From Synechococcus sp. MIT S9452 (GTDB taxonomy: Bacteria; Cyanobacteriota; Cyanobacteriia; PCC-6307; Cyanobiaceae), in contig NZ_CP138956.1 of assembly GCF_047304245.1 (NCBI RefSeq), positions 871,287 through 895,286 on the forward strand: DNA of 24,000 bases, read 5' to 3'. The position numbers and the translations under genes are program-made. Shown in pieces: positions 20,278 through 24,000 of the stretch. Below the pieces are notes generated by a model, which ran no database searches, was not told where the DNA came from, and was given only the letters and a program-made list of their open reading frames with translations. Numbering within the stretch: the first letter of the stretch is position 1; each line of letters opens with the position of its first letter.

Positions 20278-22890
20278 CTAGTCAGCGGCGCCCAGACACA
20301 ACATCACCACTTCCTTGCTATTGGGAGAGGTGATGTTTTCGGCCAGCCATTCCAAACTGGAGCGCATTAATTGTTGGCGTTCGGGGCTGTAACGCCGCCA
20401 GCCCATAAACAGCTTCAGCATTCGCGAGGCTGCGATCGGATTGCGCTGATCCACCGCCACCAACTGCTGGGCCATCCACTGGTAGCCGCGGCCATCAGTG
20501 CGATGGAAATGCTCGGCGCAGCGGCCAAACCCACCCAATACAGCCCGAAGACTATTGGGTGCATTCGGATCAAACGCGGGGTCTTGCAGCAATGCATCAG
20601 CCCGGGCGATGCCATCGCCAAAGGGAGCGGAGGCTTCCATGGCAAACCAGGCATCAAGAATCACGGGCCTATCGCGCCAGCGCTTGGCAAAGGCAGTGGT
20701 GGCCTGCTGCCTTTCGGGGCAATCCCAGGGCTGCAAGGCCGCCAAACCAGAGCGAGCCAGGCTCATGGAGCCTCCATCAACAGCCCTGGCAGCTTGCTGG
20801 CGAATGGCACCATCCCCCGCCGCCGAGAGCCACGCCCATGCCAGGCCGAGCATGGCCCGCGCACCAACCCCAGCAGGCCAGCTCTGATCGGCCTGGGGCT
20901 GAGCCCACGCAATCACAGCCTGCAGTTCTGCCTGCAACGCCTCACCCAGCCAGCAGCGCCTTTGCAGCAACGACCGCTCGAGCTCCAAAGGATCAGGCGT
21001 GGTGCCTGCGGCCATGCAGGCAGCTTCCAATTCCGGACGCGATGGTGCTTGCAACAAGGCCCACACCAGCCTTGGATCCACCGAACCAGCCACCACGGCA
21101 TGCAGCAGCTGGCGGCAGACGCCCTCAAGCAGCTCAGCGGTGGCGGGATTGGGCTCAAGCAACTGCCGCTGCCACAGCTGTTGGCCGGCATCCCAACGGC
21201 TAAAGGGATCAGGGTCTGAGCGCAGCAGCAGAGCCAAATCCGCATCACTGCGTTGAAACACAAGCTGCACAGGCGCTGAGAACTCACGCAGCAGCGACAA
21301 CACCGGAGGGTTGGGCCCTACCGGCAAACCCGACAAGGTCCAGCTCTGCTCGGCTTGCTCGAGCACCAACAAGCGCTCTTGCAACTGCTGACCACTGGCA
21401 TCCAACACACCAAGCCGCACCGGAATCGGCACGGGCTGCTTCTCGCTTTGCCCAGGCGTGGGGGGTGTGAGTTGAGAGAGCGTCAGCTTCAGCTCGCCGG
21501 CAGCACCATCCCAATCGGTTTGCAGGCTGAGCTGAGGCGTACCGGCCTGGTGATACCAGCGGCGGAAGGTTTGCAGCGAAACACCGGAAGCCTCTTCCAG
21601 CGCCTGCACAAATTGCTCGCAGGTGGCGGCTTGGCCATCGTGACGGCTCAAATAGAGCTGAACCCCTTTTAAAAAGGCGTCTGCACCCAGCAGCGTGCGC
21701 TGCATGCGAATCAATTCAGCACCCTTTTCGTAAATGGTTGTTGTGTAGAAATTATCAATGGCTATGTATTCACTGGGCTGCACAGGATGGGCAGTTGGCC
21801 CTGCATCTTCAGGGAACTGAGCCGCACGCAGCATCGCCACATCTTCTATGCGCTTGAGCGCAGCACCATGGAGATCAGAGGTGAACTCTTGATCACGAAA
21901 CACCGTGAGGCCTTCTTTTAACGAGAGTTGGAACCAATCCCGGCACGTCACGCGATTGCCAGTCCAATTGTGGAAATATTCATGGCCAATCACACTTTCA
22001 ATGCGTTCCAGTTCAGCGTCGGTGGCTGTTTTGCTGTCAGCCAAGACCAACTTGGAATTAAAAATATTGAGGCTCTTGTTCTCCATGGCGCCCATGTTGA
22101 AGTGGCGCACGGCAACCAAATTGAACTCGTCGAGGTCGTATTCCAGCCCAAAGGCCTGCTCATCCCAGGCCATGCTGCGCTTCAAGCTGGCCATGGCGTG
22201 GCCGCAAAGGTGCTCATCACCTGGCTCCACATGAATGCGTAAAGCCACCTCACGCCCTGAGGCGGTGGTGAACTGGTCGCGCACCTCCTGCAAGCGGCCC
22301 GCCACCAGGGCGAAGAGATAGGAGGGTTTTGGGAAAGGGTCGTCCCACTCAGCGAAATGACGCCCCTGGGGTAGTTCACCCGTGGCGGTGCAATTGCCGT
22401 TGCTCAACAGCACGGGGCAATCAGCTTGATCAGCCTCGATGCGAACGCGGTAGCGGCTCAGCACATCAGGGCGATCAGGAAACGGGGTGATGCGGCGAAA
22501 GCCTTCGGCTTCGCACTGGGTGGTGAACAACCCACCGCTCACATACAACCCTTCCAGGCTGGTGTTGCTGGCTGGATCCAGCCGCACCCGGGTGCTCAGC
22601 ATCCAGATTGGATCGTCTGGCAACGCAGCCGCTTCAATCACCAGCCCACCGCCTTGGTGGCTCCACGCCTCCACTGGCAGGGCCGTGCCATTGATGGCCA
22701 GCTCCTGGATCTCCATGGCCACAGCCGGCCAAGACAGCGGCTCACGCTGCCGGTCAGATGAGCGCTGAATGCTCAGCTGGGCATGGACCAAGGTCTCGGA
22801 GCTGAAGAGCTCAACACGCAGCTCAACAGCATCAACCGACCAGACCGGAGGCATGTAGTCCGCCAAGCGAACCAAGGTTTCTGCGCTCAC
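20278..22890 (-). CDS. pepN: Aminopeptidase N (M1 family zinc metallopeptidase), 870 aa.
   Basis: It has the exopeptidase motif GAMEN (FNMGAMENKSLNIF) and the zinc motif HEYFHNWTGNRVTCRDWFQLSLKEGLTVF (HExxH plus E). Length matches PepN, and the N-terminus (RLADYMPPVWSVDAVELRVEL) resembles the PepN N-terminus. It uses a GTG start that overlaps the upstream stop (GTGA). Confidence 0.95.
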   Translation of the reverse strand: MSAETLVRLADYMPPVWSVDAVELRVELFSSETLVHAQLSIQRSSDRQREPLSWPAVAMEIQELAINGTALPVEAWSHQGGGLVIEAAALPDDPIWMLSTRVRLDPASNTSLEGLYVSGGLFTTQCEAEGFRRITPFPDRPDVLSRYRVRIEADQADCPVLLSNGNCTATGELPQGRHFAEWDDPFPKPSYLFALVAGRLQEVRDQFTTASGREVALRIHVEPGDEHLCGHAMASLKRSMAWDEQAFGLEYDLDEFNLVAVRHFNMGAMENKSLNIFNSKLVLADSKTATDAELERIESVIGHEYFHNWTGNRVTCRDWFQLSLKEGLTVFRDQEFTSDLHGAALKRIEDVAMLRAAQFPEDAGPTAHPVQPSEYIAIDNFYTTTIYEKGAELIRMQRTLLGADAFLKGVQLYLSRHDGQAATCEQFVQALEEASGVSLQTFRRWYHQAGTPQLSLQTDWDGAAGELKLTLSQLTPPTPGQSEKQPVPIPVRLGVLDASGQQLQERLLVLEQAEQSWTLSGLPVGPNPPVLSLLREFSAPVQLVFQRSDADLALLLRSDPDPFSRWDAGQQLWQRQLLEPNPATAELLEGVCRQLLHAVVAGSVDPRLVWALLQAPSRPELEAACMAAGTTPDPLELERSLLQRRCWLGEALQAELQAVIAWAQPQADQSWPAGVGARAMLGLAWAWLSAAGDGAIRQQAARAVDGGSMSLARSGLAALQPWDCPERQQATTAFAKRWRDRPVILDAWFAMEASAPFGDGIARADALLQDPAFDPNAPNSLRAVLGGFGRCAEHFHRTDGRGYQWMAQQLVAVDQRNPIAASRMLKLFMGWRRYSPERQQLMRSSLEWLAENITSPNSKEVVMLCLGAAD

Positions 22891-23279
22891 TCAGCTCCGC
22901 CGCCGGCTTGCAGGGCTTCTTGGATCTTCTCGCGCACGTCATCGGGCATCTGATCAGGGCAAACCTGAGCCACCGCGATCAGCACCGAGTTGATCGAGCC
23001 TTTGCGTAGATCTTCAATCGGCAAAGGGTCATCGCCGAGCTGGGCAATGGCGCCACCGTTTTGCCCCTGGATGGTTTGCGTCAGGGTTTCGCCGGCGATA
23101 CCGATGGCTTTTTTGAAATCCACATCATTGGAAACAGCCAAACAGGCATTGAGAGCCGTGATGCGCGAATAGAGCGTCATCTCTGCCTCAGTGGCTGGGG
23201 CAGCCTGAGCAGCGCTGGGTTGCAGCAGGGGGGAGATGGCCACAGCCATCAAGGCAGCAGCAGACAGCAACTGGCGCAT
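22887..23279 (-). CDS. Small exported hypothetical protein (130 aa).
   Basis: The N-terminus MRQLLSAAALMAVAISPLLQPSAAQA-AP looks like a signal peptide. The mature part contains two Cys residues. It is translationally coupled to pepN through a GTGA overlap at 22887-22890. I recognise no family motif. Confidence 0.6.
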   Translation of the reverse strand: MRQLLSAAALMAVAISPLLQPSAAQAAPATEAEMTLYSRITALNACLAVSNDVDFKKAIGIAGETLTQTIQGQNGGAIAQLGDDPLPIEDLRKGSINSVLIAVAQVCPDQMPDDVREKIQEALQAGGGAE

Positions 23280-23323
23280 GGCCGAGGCAGCTCAAAAGAC
23301 GCCTCATGTTGGCCTTTTTTTGC

Positions 23324-23518
23324 TCAAGCCGCCCGGCGCAGTGGTCGCTTTTCGCTCAAGTGGGACACCTCTGGAAAAGCCGGCAGGTCTTGCTCGAGCT
23401 CAGCGGCTTTAGCCGCTAGGTGCTCCGGCATGCATTCGGCCAAAAACTGCAACTCCTCCTCGCTGATTTCCTCATCCCAGCCGTCAGGCTCCTGAACTGG
23501 CTTCGCTGCTGAGGTCAT
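23324..23518 (-). CDS. Small acidic hypothetical protein (64 aa).
   Basis: It is an intact ORF in the same orientation as all its neighbours and fills an otherwise empty gap. It has no recognisable motif. Short length makes the call uncertain. Confidence 0.35.
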   Translation of the reverse strand: MTSAAKPVQEPDGWDEEISEEELQFLAECMPEHLAAKAAELEQDLPAFPEVSHLSEKRPLRRAA

Positions 23519-23580
23519 CGAGGAGCAGATCGGCTCCAGGCTGTCTAGCCCGTCCCACAGCCCGCGGCAACGCGATCGAA

Positions 23581-23991
23581 TCAGGACGTCAACGGTTGGC
23601 CCGAGGATTCCAAACGCTCTTCGTGGTGCACTTCGGCTAAGACCAGCTCACCGTTGCACCAGGAATAAATCGAGCGAGCCCGGTAGCGGTCCATGTCTAC
23701 CAAACGGATGTGCTCAAGAATGTCCCACTCGAGGTAATGGGACTCGAATACCAACTCATGCTCATCCACCTGGCGAATCTGGCTCTTGGTGGGTGAGCCG
23801 CAGAGATAACCGCGGCTGCGGCGCAACTGATGGCCGCATAAGTAAGCCTCCAGAGTTCCTTCGCGCACGTAACGGGGGTTCTTATCAAAGAAGTCGTATT
23901 CCTTTTCGGGCCACCAGGTGAAGCGGTAGGCCGCCTCTCCCTCCACCGGCTCACTGAATGCCTCCATGCGTAAAAACATGTCGACCCGCAT
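23581..23991 (-). CDS. Hypothetical protein (136 aa).
   Basis: It is an intact same-strand ORF with codon composition like its neighbours. No TM segment, signal peptide or motif can be assigned with confidence. Confidence 0.5.
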   Translation of the reverse strand: MRVDMFLRMEAFSEPVEGEAAYRFTWWPEKEYDFFDKNPRYVREGTLEAYLCGHQLRRSRGYLCGSPTKSQIRQVDEHELVFESHYLEWDILEHIRLVDMDRYRARSIYSWCNGELVLAEVHHEERLESSGQPLTS

Positions 23992-24000
23992 GGCCTGATC

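Noticed and set aside
20371-21219. A 282-aa plus-strand ORF, with several others, antisense to pepN.
   Set aside because: The pepN frame carries unambiguous M1-peptidase motifs. The antisense ORFs are R/P/A/G-rich, as is typical of spurious ORFs in GC-rich DNA.
23281-23323. A T-run (ggcctttttttgc) on the plus strand that looks like a terminator tail.
   Set aside because: No convincing GC-rich stem lies directly upstream of it, and no plus-strand gene is present to terminate. On the coding (minus) strand it reads as an A-run.
1-24000. Mobile-element or genomic-island boundaries (integrase, transposase, tRNA attachment site, flanking direct repeats).
   Set aside because: None of these is visible in the window. 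The only island-like signal is the atypical composition of the giant gene's body, which is reported separately as a low-interest finding.

Overview
This is a bacterial chromosomal window. By inference from GC content and gene content only, with no search run, it looks most like a marine Synechococcus-type picocyanobacterium.

Plus strand, 2-10984: the last ~11 kb of a giant, highly repetitive secreted surface-protein gene whose 5' end lies outside the window.
- It contains cadherin/VCBS-type beta domains joined by NDAP junctions.
- It contains three near-identical tandem-repeat families of 132, 129 and 282 bp. All three encode variants of one ~43-47 aa module, with about 30 copies visible.
- The frame is broken once, by a TAG at 6851-6853 where sister repeats read CAG. 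It then continues in the same frame for another 4.1 kb.

Minus strand, 18650-11052: a tightly packed gene string that converges on the giant gene.
- A type I secretion pair: an ABC exporter with a degenerate cNMP-binding-like domain and a Cys-less C39-like domain, plus a HlyD-type membrane fusion protein.
- A 94-aa protein of unknown function.
- A MotA/ExbB/TolQ-family channel protein with a ~200-aa coiled-coil tail.
- Two ExbD/TolR-like single-pass proteins, one with the transmembrane (TM) Asp and one with Asn at that position.
- A small secreted HExxH protein.

Further upstream on the same strand are a parvulin-like protein, an orphan ParA-like ATPase, aminopeptidase N (pepN) and three small hypothetical proteins. 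I saw no rRNA, tRNA, CRISPR array, transposase or integrase.

The main candidate for a new system is the stator-like module (one MotA-like plus two ExbD-like genes). It is genetically joined to a T1SS and sits beside a SwmB-like giant protein. That makes it a possible ion-driven envelope motor or energiser for non-flagellar motility or surface-protein handling.
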